Source: Actinomycetota bacterium (GTDB lineage Bacteria; Actinomycetota; Acidimicrobiia; Spongiisociales; UBA5794). From it: 46,827 nucleotides of DNA. The notes beneath the pieces are model-generated. The model had not been told where the DNA came from. It worked only from the letters and a program-made list of their open reading frames with translations, and made no database searches. Positions 10,761 through 19,232 of the stretch are shown piece by piece. The stretch covers positions 1 through 46,827 of the forward strand of contig JAQCAA010000001.1 of the NCBI GenBank assembly GCA_027728645.1, given 5' to 3'. The stretch's first letter is position 1, and the number at the start of each line of letters is the position of its first letter. A program made the position numbers and the translations under genes.

Positions 10761-10943
10761 GCTGGTTCCCGTCTTGTGATGAGGTCCCATGGTACCGAGT
10801 CCCCGAGAATGAGACGTGCAAGGTCGCGAAAACCCACACAGACTTTCGCCACGCTTTCGGGCGGGAAGAATTCCGCGCTTCGTACACTTAGGACCAAGAA
10901 TTCTCACAAACATCTCAGAATCGTTTGACACGGCTGGGTTGAT

Positions 10944-10959
10944 TGTGAAAGAATTCACT
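10944..10959. promoter_or_regulatory. CRP/FNR-type palindrome TGTGA-N6-TCACT upstream of whiB
   Basis: TGTGAAAGAATTCACT matches 9 of 10 positions of TGTGA-N6-TCACA. It ends 36 nt upstream of the whiB GTG (10996), which has an AGGAG ribosome-binding site. Confidence 0.35.
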
Positions 10960-10995
10960 TTCTAAGCAACTGGCGAGATACGTAGGAGTGAGACC

Positions 10996-11268
10996 GTGCT
11001 GACTGTGATTGACTGGCGTGAACTGGCCGCTTGCCGAGACTCCGACCCCGACATCTTCTTCCCAGTCGGAACGACCGGACCCGCAGTCAGCATGATCGAC
11101 AGGGCAACTGCTATTTGCTCTTCGTGCACCGTTCTTGAGGAATGCCTCGTCTATGCCCTCGAGACAAATCAGGAAGCTGGCGTTTGGGGAGGCCTCGCAG
11201 AAGACGACCGCAGACGCTACCGGAAGCGTTGGCTCGCCGAACGGCGCCGTCGCCGCCAAGCCTCGTAG
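10996..11268 (+). CDS. whiB: WhiB-family transcriptional regulator (WhiB1-like)
   Basis: 90 aa. Four Cys in the Wbl arrangement (C-x21-C-x2-C-x5-C) and the GVWGG turn. GTG start preceded by AGGAG. Confidence 0.9.
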   Translation: MLTVIDWRELAACRDSDPDIFFPVGTTGPAVSMIDRATAICSSCTVLEECLVYALETNQEAGVWGGLAEDDRRRYRKRWLAERRRRRQAS

Positions 11269-11280
11269 CCCGAACCACGA

Positions 11281-11530
11281 TCCGCGTACCCAGGGTTGGC
11301 GGACCATCAAAACAGGGGGCTGGAGCCCACAGAAAGGAAATCCAGCCGATTCTGTTTGCCCTCAGGCATCAAGCGTTCCGCGCCCTCCACTGAAAGAGGC
11401 CGTCTGGAGGCAATCTCTGTCAGTTCCACACCATTGCTGTGTGGTATCTAGGCCGCTAGATGCGCGGGCTCACGCTTTCTGTGGGCTGGAACCCCACGAA
11501 AACATGGTCCGCCAACCCTGGGTACGCGAA
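11281..11530. mobile_element. MITE (about 250 bp) related to the IS481-family element at 45436..46797
   Basis: Left end TCCGCGTACCCAGGGTTGGCGGACCAT (11281..11307). The right end is its reverse complement (11504..11528). The inverted repeat extends inward for about 55 bp (GGGGCTGGAGCCCACAGAAAG). No credible ORF. Confidence 0.75.
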
Positions 11531-11538
11531 CAAGTGGG

Positions 11539-11763
11539 TTAGAAGCCGACGCCTCGGTCGATTGGTTTGTCGACTTCGAGAAACGCTATCGAGCTGACAT
11601 TGATGCCGAAACGGTGGCCACGGGTATCGGTGACCCAAAAGACAGAGTCTTTGCCCTTGACAGCCTTTTCGAATGAAGCAATCAGATCATCGGAATCCTC
11701 GACTGAGATCTCCAGTTCACGCGCTGAGGACAATCCGATCCGCACGGATATCGATTCTTTCAT
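11539..11763 (-). CDS. DUF3107-family small protein
   Basis: 74 aa. Pattern IGLSSARELEISVEDSDDLIASFEKAV...VTDTRGHRFGINVSSIAFLEV is typical of actinobacterial DUF3107. Confidence 0.75.
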   Translation of the reverse strand: MKESISVRIGLSSARELEISVEDSDDLIASFEKAVKGKDSVFWVTDTRGHRFGINVSSIAFLEVDKPIDRGVGF

Positions 11764-11789
11764 GGGGTTCCCTTCGTTTGGAGTAAGGA

Positions 11790-12887
11790 TTAGGAGATGA
11801 CAAGTTCGGGGTGGCTTCGGAGCCTTGGCTTTCGAGCCACCAATTCATCTGCAATTGAAGCAAATGCCAAAGTGGCTTCGCTCTCAGGGTCGGCAATGGC
11901 GATGGGGATGCCCGTGTCGCCTCCCTCCCTCAGAGCAGGAATCAATGGGATGCGACCGAGGAGCGGTACACCAAGTTCAGCAGCCAAGGCTTCTCCTCCC
12001 CCGGATCCGAACAGTTCGTAGCGTCTTCCATCGTCTCCCGTGAACCACGACATGTTTTCGATAACGCCAACCACCTCCTGATTGACCTTTCGCGCCATGA
12101 GTCCAGCCTTGACAGCCACGCGCTGCGCTGCGGGTTGCGGTGTGGTCACGACAATGATCTCTGAACGCGGCAAGTATTGAGAGATCGATATTGACACATC
12201 CCCGGTGCCTGGCGGCATATCGATGAGGAGGAAGTCGATGTCTCCCCAATACACATCGACAAGGAACTGTTCGAGGGCCTTGTGAAGCATCGGTCCTCGC
12301 CACACCACTGCTTGATCCGGATCAACAAAGAAGTCCATCGAGATCACGGCGACACCATGAACGACTGGAGGTATGAGCATGTCCTCAAGGACTGACGGAG
12401 CGCGGCTGACGCCCATCATCTTTGGGATTGAAAAGCCCCAGACATCAGCGTCCATGATGCCGACCGTGTGGCCCCGATTGGTGAGTGCGATAGCAAGGTT
12501 TGCCGTGACCGACGATTTGCCGACGCCTCCCTTGCCTGATGCAATGCCTATGACCCTTGTCTTTGTGCCAGGCTTTGCGAGGGCAACCTCCCTGTCGCTT
12601 GCCGCCTGACCACGCATTCGAGCACCGAGAGCAGCGCGCTCTTCATCTGTCATGGCTCTTGGCTCTATGCGCACATCCGTGGCACCAGCATCGGTTGCGG
12701 CGGCCCTGATCCTCGCGATGAGCTCTGCCTCCATGGGGTGACCACCGAGAGGCAAGGCGAGGTATACAACGGGCCGGTCACCATCGTCCGAGACATCGGT
12801 GACCATGCCGAGGGACCCAATTGTCGAGCGCAATTCAGGATCGACCACAGCCTCAACCGCCTGCCTGATCGCTGCTGCATCTGTCAC
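11790..12887 (-). CDS. mrp: Mrp/ApbC-family Fe-S cluster carrier ATPase
   Basis: 365 aa. DUF59-like N-terminus (AVVDPELRSTIGSLGMV) and deviant Walker A GKGGVGKSS. Confidence 0.9.
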   Translation of the reverse strand: MTDAAAIRQAVEAVVDPELRSTIGSLGMVTDVSDDGDRPVVYLALPLGGHPMEAELIARIRAAATDAGATDVRIEPRAMTDEERAALGARMRGQAASDREVALAKPGTKTRVIGIASGKGGVGKSSVTANLAIALTNRGHTVGIMDADVWGFSIPKMMGVSRAPSVLEDMLIPPVVHGVAVISMDFFVDPDQAVVWRGPMLHKALEQFLVDVYWGDIDFLLIDMPPGTGDVSISISQYLPRSEIIVVTTPQPAAQRVAVKAGLMARKVNQEVVGVIENMSWFTGDDGRRYELFGSGGGEALAAELGVPLLGRIPLIPALREGGDTGIPIAIADPESEATLAFASIADELVARKPRLRSHPELVIS

Positions 12888-13011
12888 GTAGTTGTCTCCT
12901 AGAAGGTTGCCCGAGCGAGGCTAGTGGTCTGTCGCAGGAGTGGATGCCGTGTCTCGGAGCAGCGCGAGTCGACCCTCGCTGCGCCGAGTCGTACAATACG
13001 GTGAAGGAGTA

Positions 13012-13683
13012 ATGGCTATGGCTGAATCAAGCTTCGACCAACAGATTGAAACGCTCACGGGAGCTCTCGGCGACACAACCCGGCGGGGGATCTACGTGAT
13101 GATTCGCGAGTCCCACGGGCCTGTGACCGCAAGTCAAATCGCTGCCAACTTCCAGATTCACCCCAACGTTGCAAGGCACCATCTCGACAGGCTTGAGACA
13201 GACGGGTTCATCAGAGTCTCAGAACGCCAGAAAACCAAGGCAGCGGCAGGGAGACCTGCCAAGCATTACGAAGCAACTGACAAGACCGTTTCAATCCAGT
13301 ACTCAGCCCGCAAATATGACGCACTGGCTGAGCTACTCGTGGCCGTGATTGACAGGCTCGACACCGGTGCTGCGTCTGATATCGCGACCGAAGTGGGACA
13401 CGACTACGGCATACGCCTTGGAGCGGAAATTGGAGTCCCAGACGATGAGGGCTACGAGGTCGCAGCTATGGCAATCGCCACATCAATGATGGGTGAAGGC
13501 CTAGGAGCTTCGACTGTTGCATCTGAAAATCGGATTGTTGCTCGATTCTGCCCTTTGGGGGGCTCCAACGACGATGGTCCAGGTGTTCTGCGAAGTCTCG
13601 ATCGAGGAATCGTTCGAGGTCTCCTAGAGAGCGCTGCCGCACGCCCGGTTGAAGTTCGAGTCGATCACCCGAGCGCAACCTGA
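13012..13683 (+). CDS. Winged-helix (ArsR/SufR-like) transcriptional regulator
   Basis: GAAGGAG ribosome-binding site 2 nt upstream of ATG 13012. wHTH segment LGDTTRRGIYVMIRESHGPVTASQIAANFQIHPNVARHHLDRLETDGFI...AGRPAKHYEAT. Its stop overlaps the start of the next gene (TGATG). Confidence 0.75.
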   Translation: MAMAESSFDQQIETLTGALGDTTRRGIYVMIRESHGPVTASQIAANFQIHPNVARHHLDRLETDGFIRVSERQKTKAAAGRPAKHYEATDKTVSIQYSARKYDALAELLVAVIDRLDTGAASDIATEVGHDYGIRLGAEIGVPDDEGYEVAAMAIATSMMGEGLGASTVASENRIVARFCPLGGSNDDGPGVLRSLDRGIVRGLLESAAARPVEVRVDHPSAT

Positions 13684-14234
13684 TGGCATGGATCGAGACT
13701 CCGAGAGAAGACACGTGGGACGGCGACCTTGCTGATCTCTATGCACAGCTCGTCGATCGCGACCATGACAGGGTCGACAACATCATGCAGATTCATGCCC
13801 TCAACCCCAGGGCAATGGCCGCGCATCATGCCCTTTACATATCTGCGATGGCGGGAACAAAGAACCTGCGAAAAGTCGACCGCGAGATGATCGCACTCGT
13901 GGTTAGCACGGTGAATGAGTGTCACTACTGAGTAGCCCACCATCGTCGCGGTCTGCGACGCCTTCTCAAAGATGACGAGCTGCTCGCAGCGGTCGAGTCA
14001 GACTGGAAGACTGCGCCAATCGACGGCCGAAGAAGAGCCATGCTTGCCTATGCGGTGAAGTTGACTGTGCTCCCACAGAATGTGGCGGCTGCCGATCTCG
14101 AGGATCTCAGAGCAGAAGGGTTCTCTGACAGAGACATCCTCGATATCTGTGAAGTGACGTCGTACTACGCGTATGCCAACCGAATCGCGGACGGGCTCGG
14201 CGTGCAACTCGAATCGTGGCTCCCCCCGGACTGA
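13683..14234 (+). CDS. AhpD/carboxymuconolactone-decarboxylase family peroxidase-related protein; candidate selenoprotein with UGA (13929..13931) read as Sec
   Basis: ORFs 13683..13931 and 14040..14234 are in one frame, with a single TGA and no other stop between them. The TGA replaces the second Cys of the family motif: NE-C-H-Y-[TGA]-V-A-H-H. A SECIS-like hairpin follows. Confidence 0.75.
13944..13960 (+). promoter_or_regulatory. Candidate bacterial SECIS hairpin
   Basis: CGUCGC-GGUCU-GCGACG is a perfect 6-bp stem with a GGUCU apical loop. It starts 12 nt after the UGA. Loop sequence and spacing resemble the E. coli fdhF SECIS. Confidence 0.6.
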
Positions 14235-14286
14235 CTGCGACGCCCCCGCCGCTTACGTTTTCGGAGCTTTTGCCGGTCGGTTTTCG

Positions 14287-14306
14287 GTCCTCCCTCGAGG
14301 GAGGAC
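14287..14306. terminator. Perfect 20-nt palindrome GTCCTCCCTCGAGGGAGGAC between convergent genes
   Basis: Read directly. No flanking U-tract on either strand, so it is not a canonical intrinsic terminator. Confidence 0.3.
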
Positions 14307-14400
14307 GGGCGAGCCTGCGAGCCAGGAGGGTGGCCGGGACACGCAAGACCGCAAACCACGAGCGTGCAATCCCCCTGAATCGTCGCTCCGCTCCTCTTCC

Positions 14401-14420
14401 GTCCCCCTTGAAAGGGGGAC
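14401..14420. terminator. GC-rich hairpin GTCCCCC-TTGAAA-GGGGGAC between convergent genes
   Basis: 7-bp G/C stem read directly. No clear U-tract. Confidence 0.3.
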
Positions 14421-14480
14421 CGATCTTCGAGCCGTTCTGGACGGTTCCTCGGTTATCGGGATTCCGTTCATCGCTTCCCC

Positions 14481-14508
14481 TCTGTCATCTGCCATCTGTC
14501 ATCTGCCT
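14481..14508. repeat. Tandem heptanucleotide array, (GRCAGAT)x4 on the minus strand
   Basis: Plus strand reads TCTGTCA TCTGCCA TCTGTCA TCTGCCT. Same unit family as 3078..3119 in the opposite orientation. It overlaps the acnA stop codon and last codons. Confidence 0.8.
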
Positions 14509-17177
14509 GCAGCCATGTCTCTCAGCACCATGTGAAGGATTCCTCCATGACGGAGGTAGTCGACCTCGATCGGAGTGTCGCAGCGGGCAATCGTCGTGAA
14601 CTCAACGACTGAACCGTCCAGCTTGGTAGCAGTGACCGAGATGTCTTTACGAGGCTCAAGGGCATCGGTCACATCGATGTCAAACGTCTCTGTTCCGTCG
14701 AGACCCAGCGAGTCAGCGGTCTGGCCTGGAGCGAAGGCGAGGGGCAGCACCCCCATCATGACAAGGTTCGATCGGTGAATGCGCTCATAGCTCTCCGCTA
14801 TAACCGCTTTGACGCCGAGGAGGAAGGTTCCCTTTGCTGCCCAGTCTCGTGACGATCCCATTCCATAGTCTTTGCCGGTCAGCACGACCAGCGGAGTCTC
14901 GGCCTCTGTGTAGTTCAAGCTCGCTTCGTAGACGGACCGCACTTCACCGTCGGTGAAATCCTTCGTCCACCCTCCCTCGGTTCCCGGCGCTAGCTGGTTC
15001 TTGACTCGGATGTTCGCAAACGTCCCACGAGTCATCACTCGATCGTTGCCACGACGAGACCCATACGAGTTGAACATTCGGCGCTCGACACCGGCCTCTG
15101 TGAGGAAACGACCAGCAGGCGTGTCTGCCCCAATTGAGCCGGCAGGGCTGATGTGATCCGTTGTCACAGAATCGCCGAGCTTCAAGAGAACACGAGCCCC
15201 GGTGATTGGTTTGAGTGGCTTCGGATCTGGACCGAGATCTTGGAAGAACGGTGGCTCTTGGATGTAGGTCGAGGACGGGCTCCAGTCGTACAGGTTCCCT
15301 CCTTCGTCCTTGATCGCCTGCCATTCGTCTGATCCATCAAACACCGACCCATACTCCCGCAGGAACTGGTCTGTCGAGAGTGACTGTGCAACGGTCCTTG
15401 CGATTTCCTCTTGAGAAGGCCAGATGTCAGCCAGATAGACATCCTCTCCGTCGTCGTCAGTTCCAAGCGGCTCGGTCGTCAGGTCAATGTTCACCGTGCC
15501 AGCAATGGCGTATGCCACAACCAGCGGCGGACTTGCGAGGTAGTTCGCTCGAACGTCAGGGCTGATCCGACCTTCAAAATTTCTGTTCCCAGAAAGCACA
15601 GAAGCCGCGACGATGTCGTTCTCGCGGATGGCCTTGCTGATTGGTTCGGGAAGCGGACCTGAGTTTCCGATGCATGTCGTGCAGCCATACCCAACGTTAT
15701 AAAAGCCCATGGCCTCAAGGTCCCGAGAAAGGCCCGCCTTCTCGAGATAATCGGTAACGACCTTCGATCCAGGAGCAAGAGAAGTCTTGACCCATGGTTT
15801 GCGATGCAGCCCGCGTCGGTTTGCTTTGCTAGCGACGAGCCCGGCAGCGACCATCACGGCTGGGTTCGAAGTGTTGGTGCACGACGTGATGGCTGCAATC
15901 ACGACGTCCCCATCCTTGAGGTCAAACGTGGAGCCTTCGAGTTGAACGCCCTCGGCCGTGGCTCCCCCACTCCCGTCTGGGCGAAGCTGACCGTCGATGT
16001 CGATGTGCCATTGCTGTTTCATGCCAGAAAGCGCGATGCGATCCTGAGGCCGCTTCGGACCGGCGAGCGACGGCACCACTGTCGACATGTCGAGTTCGAG
16101 ATAGGAGCTGTACGTGATATCGCGGGTGTCATCACGCCACATCCCTTGGAGCTTGTAGTACTGCTCAACCGTTGCAATAAGCTCCTCCGGCCTACCGGAC
16201 AAGCGCAGATATTTGAGCGTCTGATGATCCACAGGAAAGAACCCGACCGTGGCTCCGTATTCAGGCGCCATGTTTGCGATTGTTGCTCGGTTGGCAACTG
16301 GCATCTCTGCGAGCCCCGGGCCATAAAACTCAACAAACTTTCCAACAACCCCGTGGGCTCGCAGCATCTCGGTCACGACAAGGACAAGATCGGTAGCAGT
16401 CGCCCCATCTGGGAGTTCGCCGGTGAGCTTGAATCCAACAACCTCCGGAAGAAGCATGTAGATCGGCTGGCCGACCATGACCGCCTCTGCCTCGATACCC
16501 CCAACACCCCAACCCACAACGCCGAGTCCGTTGATCATTGTGGTGTGACTATCGGTTCCAACAAGCGAGTCGGGATAGAGGACACCGTCGGAATCCCACA
16601 CGACCTTTGCGAGGTACTCCAGATTGACCTGGTGGACGATGCCCGTTGCAGGAGGAACAACCGAAAAGTTGTCGAAGGCGCTCTGACCCCACTTTAGGAA
16701 TTCGTAACGCTCCCGGTTGCGCTCGAACTCGAGGTCCGAGTTGATGCCGAGGGCATCGGGTGAGTTGAAGGCGTCAACCTGGACAGAGTGGTCGACGACC
16801 AGGTCCGCTGGTACGCGGGGGTTCACCTTGGCCGCAGATGATACGTCACCCGTCATTCGGACGATGGCCGAACGCATCGCAGCGAGGTCGACGATGGAGG
16901 GAACACCCGTGAAATCTTGAAGGACCACGCGACCGGGTTTGAAGGCAACTTCGTCGTTCTCGACCTTCGATGCGTCATATTGGGCAACCGATGTCACGTC
17001 GATGTCTCGGATTACCCGACCATCGTGGTTCCGCAAGACGGACTCGAGGAGCACCTTGATCGAATATGGGAGTGCATCAATGTCACCCATATCCCGAAGG
17101 GCGTCGAGGCGGTAGACGGTCCGTTCACCGAGGGGTGTGTTGATGGTCGCTTTGGATGCAAAGGGGTCGTGGCTCAC
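14499..17177 (-). CDS. acnA: Aconitate hydratase A
   Basis: 892 aa. Fe-S ligand regions [10 protein letters not shown] and [13 protein letters not shown]. Full-length aconitase/IRP architecture. Confidence 0.97.
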   Translation of the reverse strand: MSHDPFASKATINTPLGERTVYRLDALRDMGDIDALPYSIKVLLESVLRNHDGRVIRDIDVTSVAQYDASKVENDEVAFKPGRVVLQDFTGVPSIVDLAAMRSAIVRMTGDVSSAAKVNPRVPADLVVDHSVQVDAFNSPDALGINSDLEFERNRERYEFLKWGQSAFDNFSVVPPATGIVHQVNLEYLAKVVWDSDGVLYPDSLVGTDSHTTMINGLGVVGWGVGGIEAEAVMVGQPIYMLLPEVVGFKLTGELPDGATATDLVLVVTEMLRAHGVVGKFVEFYGPGLAEMPVANRATIANMAPEYGATVGFFPVDHQTLKYLRLSGRPEELIATVEQYYKLQGMWRDDTRDITYSSYLELDMSTVVPSLAGPKRPQDRIALSGMKQQWHIDIDGQLRPDGSGGATAEGVQLEGSTFDLKDGDVVIAAITSCTNTSNPAVMVAAGLVASKANRRGLHRKPWVKTSLAPGSKVVTDYLEKAGLSRDLEAMGFYNVGYGCTTCIGNSGPLPEPISKAIRENDIVAASVLSGNRNFEGRISPDVRANYLASPPLVVAYAIAGTVNIDLTTEPLGTDDDGEDVYLADIWPSQEEIARTVAQSLSTDQFLREYGSVFDGSDEWQAIKDEGGNLYDWSPSSTYIQEPPFFQDLGPDPKPLKPITGARVLLKLGDSVTTDHISPAGSIGADTPAGRFLTEAGVERRMFNSYGSRRGNDRVMTRGTFANIRVKNQLAPGTEGGWTKDFTDGEVRSVYEASLNYTEAETPLVVLTGKDYGMGSSRDWAAKGTFLLGVKAVIAESYERIHRSNLVMMGVLPLAFAPGQTADSLGLDGTETFDIDVTDALEPRKDISVTATKLDGSVVEFTTIARCDTPIEVDYLRHGGILHMVLRDMAAGR

Positions 17178-17369
17178 AATGCCCTCTTCCGTCGGGGTGG
17201 GTGTATGTGTTCAGTTTCTAAGAATACCGGTTCGCCGTGGCCGAATTCGTGGGACAAAATCGTTCGATCTTTCGCTGACCACGAAGATGCTCCAAAAGCA
17301 CGAAGAACCCCTCGCCGCCTCGGATCGATGAGGCAGGAAGGGATCAATTTTCGATCCAGATTCGGAGGC

Positions 17370-17430
17370 TTTCTCGTTCTGTGGGCTCCAGCCCCCCGTT
17401 TCTATGGTCCGCCAACCCTGGGTACGCGGA
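17370..17430. mobile_element. Solo end (remnant) of the same MITE/IS family
   Basis: CTGTGGGCTCCAGCCCCCCGTTTCT followed by ATGGTCCGCCAACCCTGGGTACGCGGA (17404..17430). No partner end is found within several hundred bp. Confidence 0.6.
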
Positions 17431-17439
17431 CAATGGCGT

Positions 17440-17768
17440 TTAGGGGACGTATTGTTCGGTGAGGGTTGAGACCTTGCCGTCTTCGGTGTAGGTCAAGGTA
17501 CATCCACATGCCTCGACCGTCTGGGCCGCCGCTTTCTGTCCACGCAACCGACGCTTGAGCGTGCCTCTATACGAGTTTCGGGCCGTGTTCAGGGCGTTCG
17601 ATAGAGATATGCCCTGTGATTCGTCACCGTCGGCCACGCCTCGGCGTTTGTTGCCCTCAGCCACGCGTCAACCACGACATCCTGGGCGTCGAACGGCCCG
17701 ACAACGCCCGTCGCAAATCGAACAAGCTCGTCGGCATGTTTTCGATAGATTTCTTCGTTCATACCCAT
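17440..17768 (-). pseudogene. Sigma-70/ECF-type sigma factor remnant: region 2 only, frameshifted and 3'-truncated
   Basis: My translation from ATG 17768 gives MGMNEEIYRKHADELVRFATGVVGPFDAQDVVVDAWLRATNAEAWPTVTNHRAYLYRTP-stop. The motif continues in another frame (ORF 17440..17664) as ALNTARNSYRGTLKRRLR. No region 4 is present. The ORF stops 10 nt from the MITE remnant. Confidence 0.4.
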
Positions 17769-17811
17769 GAAACACCGAGGCGTGCCGGATCGGATGACAC
17801 AATTCTGGGAA

Positions 17812-17881
17812 GCTCTCAGCTCTCAGCTCTCAGCTCTCAGCTCTCAGCTCTCAGCTCTCAGCTCTCAGCTCTCAGCTCTCA
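17812..17881. repeat. Tandem heptanucleotide array, (GCTCTCA)x10, perfect
   Basis: Ten identical units counted by hand. Intergenic, between the stop of the Mo-oxidoreductase gene and the start of the sigma remnant. Confidence 0.95.
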
Positions 17882-17969
17882 GAACCCACAGTCTCCGGTG
17901 ACGGCCTGTCATCCGCTAATGCGCTATCCATCGGATTTCGTTTATCCGGATTCGGCATGCCCTCTTGCC

Positions 17970-18581
17970 TCAATCTCCCCAGTAGCGCTGTTCTTGGAAG
18001 GGGTCGCCGTACATGTGGTAGCCGTTGCGCTCCCAGAACCCAGGGGCATCCTCCGAAATCAGGGTGAAGCCGCGCACCCACTTGACGGACTTCCAAAAGT
18101 AAAGATGGGGAACGACAAGTCTCAGTGGGTACCCGTGGTTCAACTCGAGCGGCTCACCCTCGTAGGTGTGGGCAAACAAATTTTCGTGCGCAAGAAAATC
18201 CTCGATGGGGAGATTGGCGGTGAAGCCGTGGTAGGCGTTGATCATCACATGGGTGGCGTCTGGGCTCGGCGCTATCTGCTCCCAAAGATGATTCACGGGA
18301 ACACCTTTCCAACTCGTGTCGAACTTTGACCACTTCGTGACGCAGTGAATATCAGCAGTTGTGTCGGCCGTCGGCATCGCCTCAATCTCAGACCACGACC
18401 ACTTCTTTGGCTCGGCGACGAGACCATCGATAACAAAATCCCAGTCGTCGAGATCGACCTCTGGGACCGATCCGGCATGGAGCACAGGGAACCGCTTTGT
18501 GTGGTATTGGCCCGGAGGAAGCCTCGCGGGATCAATCCCGAGCGAGGCAAGCTCATCTCGGTTCCGTTTGAAAAATGACAT
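17970..18581 (-). CDS. Sulfite-oxidase-fold molybdopterin-binding oxidoreductase (YedY/MsrP-like, single domain)
   Basis: HCVTKWSKFDTSWKGV and GYPLRLVVPHLYFWKSVKWV. The likely start is MSFFKRN at 18581. Confidence 0.8.
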   Translation of the reverse strand: MSFFKRNRDELASLGIDPARLPPGQYHTKRFPVLHAGSVPEVDLDDWDFVIDGLVAEPKKWSWSEIEAMPTADTTADIHCVTKWSKFDTSWKGVPVNHLWEQIAPSPDATHVMINAYHGFTANLPIEDFLAHENLFAHTYEGEPLELNHGYPLRLVVPHLYFWKSVKWVRGFTLISEDAPGFWERNGYHMYGDPFQEQRYWGD

Positions 18582-18698
18582 GACGAAAGCGTAGACCAGC
18601 GGATCATGTGGGCGGGCGTTTGTCTGAGGCGGTCGGAAATCCAAGCGCCGCGCCGCCGGGCGGACCGTTATCCGGAAGCCGCCTCTACCTTTGTGCGC

Positions 18699-19232
18699 AT
18701 GCAGCGGTTCGTCACATCCACTCGAACAGCGTTGCTTCTCGTGGTGACGCTCACAGTCGTTGCTTCCGCGTGCAGCGCAGACAGCGCTGTCGAGATCCCA
18801 GGCAGCGATGCACGCACCCTCGAGCTAGCACCCGATTTCACCGTCCCCACCCACGATGGCGGGACATTTAGCCTCGACGACCATATTGCGAAGGACGGCC
18901 GACCGATTTTCATGAATCTGTGGGCATCATGGTGTTTCCCGTGCCGCGCCGAAATGCCTGCGATTGACGCTGCATCGAAGACCCACACCGAAATTGCGTT
19001 CATAGGCATTTCAGTGAAAGACACGAGAGCCGAAGCAACCGCATTTGTTGAGGAGATCGGCGTCACATACACCATCGGTTTTGACGATGACAACCAGGTT
19101 GATGACGAGTATCGCCCTCTCGGACTTCCCGCCTCCTACATCATCTCAGGAGACGGTGTCATTCTCGAACGGATCTTTGGCGAGGTCACGGAGGAAAGCC
19201 TCGCAGAGAAGTTCGCGAAACACTTCGGCTAG
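18699..19232 (+). CDS. TlpA/ResA-like thiol:disulfide oxidoreductase lipoprotein
   Basis: Lipoprotein signal ...LTVVASAC and thioredoxin motif WASWCFPCRAEMP. The start is taken at MQRFVTST (18699). Confidence 0.85.
   Translation: MQRFVTSTRTALLLVVTLTVVASACSADSAVEIPGSDARTLELAPDFTVPTHDGGTFSLDDHIAKDGRPIFMNLWASWCFPCRAEMPAIDAASKTHTEIAFIGISVKDTRAEATAFVEEIGVTYTIGFDDDNQVDDEYRPLGLPASYIISGDGVILERIFGEVTEESLAEKFAKHFG

Noticed and set aside
10915-11542. ORFs 10915..11310 (-), 11135..11542 (+) and 11142..11393 (+) around whiB
   Set aside because: They run through the MITE and the whiB gene in other frames and have no motif support. They are artefacts of the repeat and GC content.
12992-12997. TACAAT hexamer as the -10 promoter element of the wHTH regulator/selenoprotein operon
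   Set aside because: It lies only about 15 nt upstream of the ATG, so a transcript starting there would lack the good GAAGGAG ribosome-binding site. This cannot be resolved without TSS data, so it is not reported as a feature.
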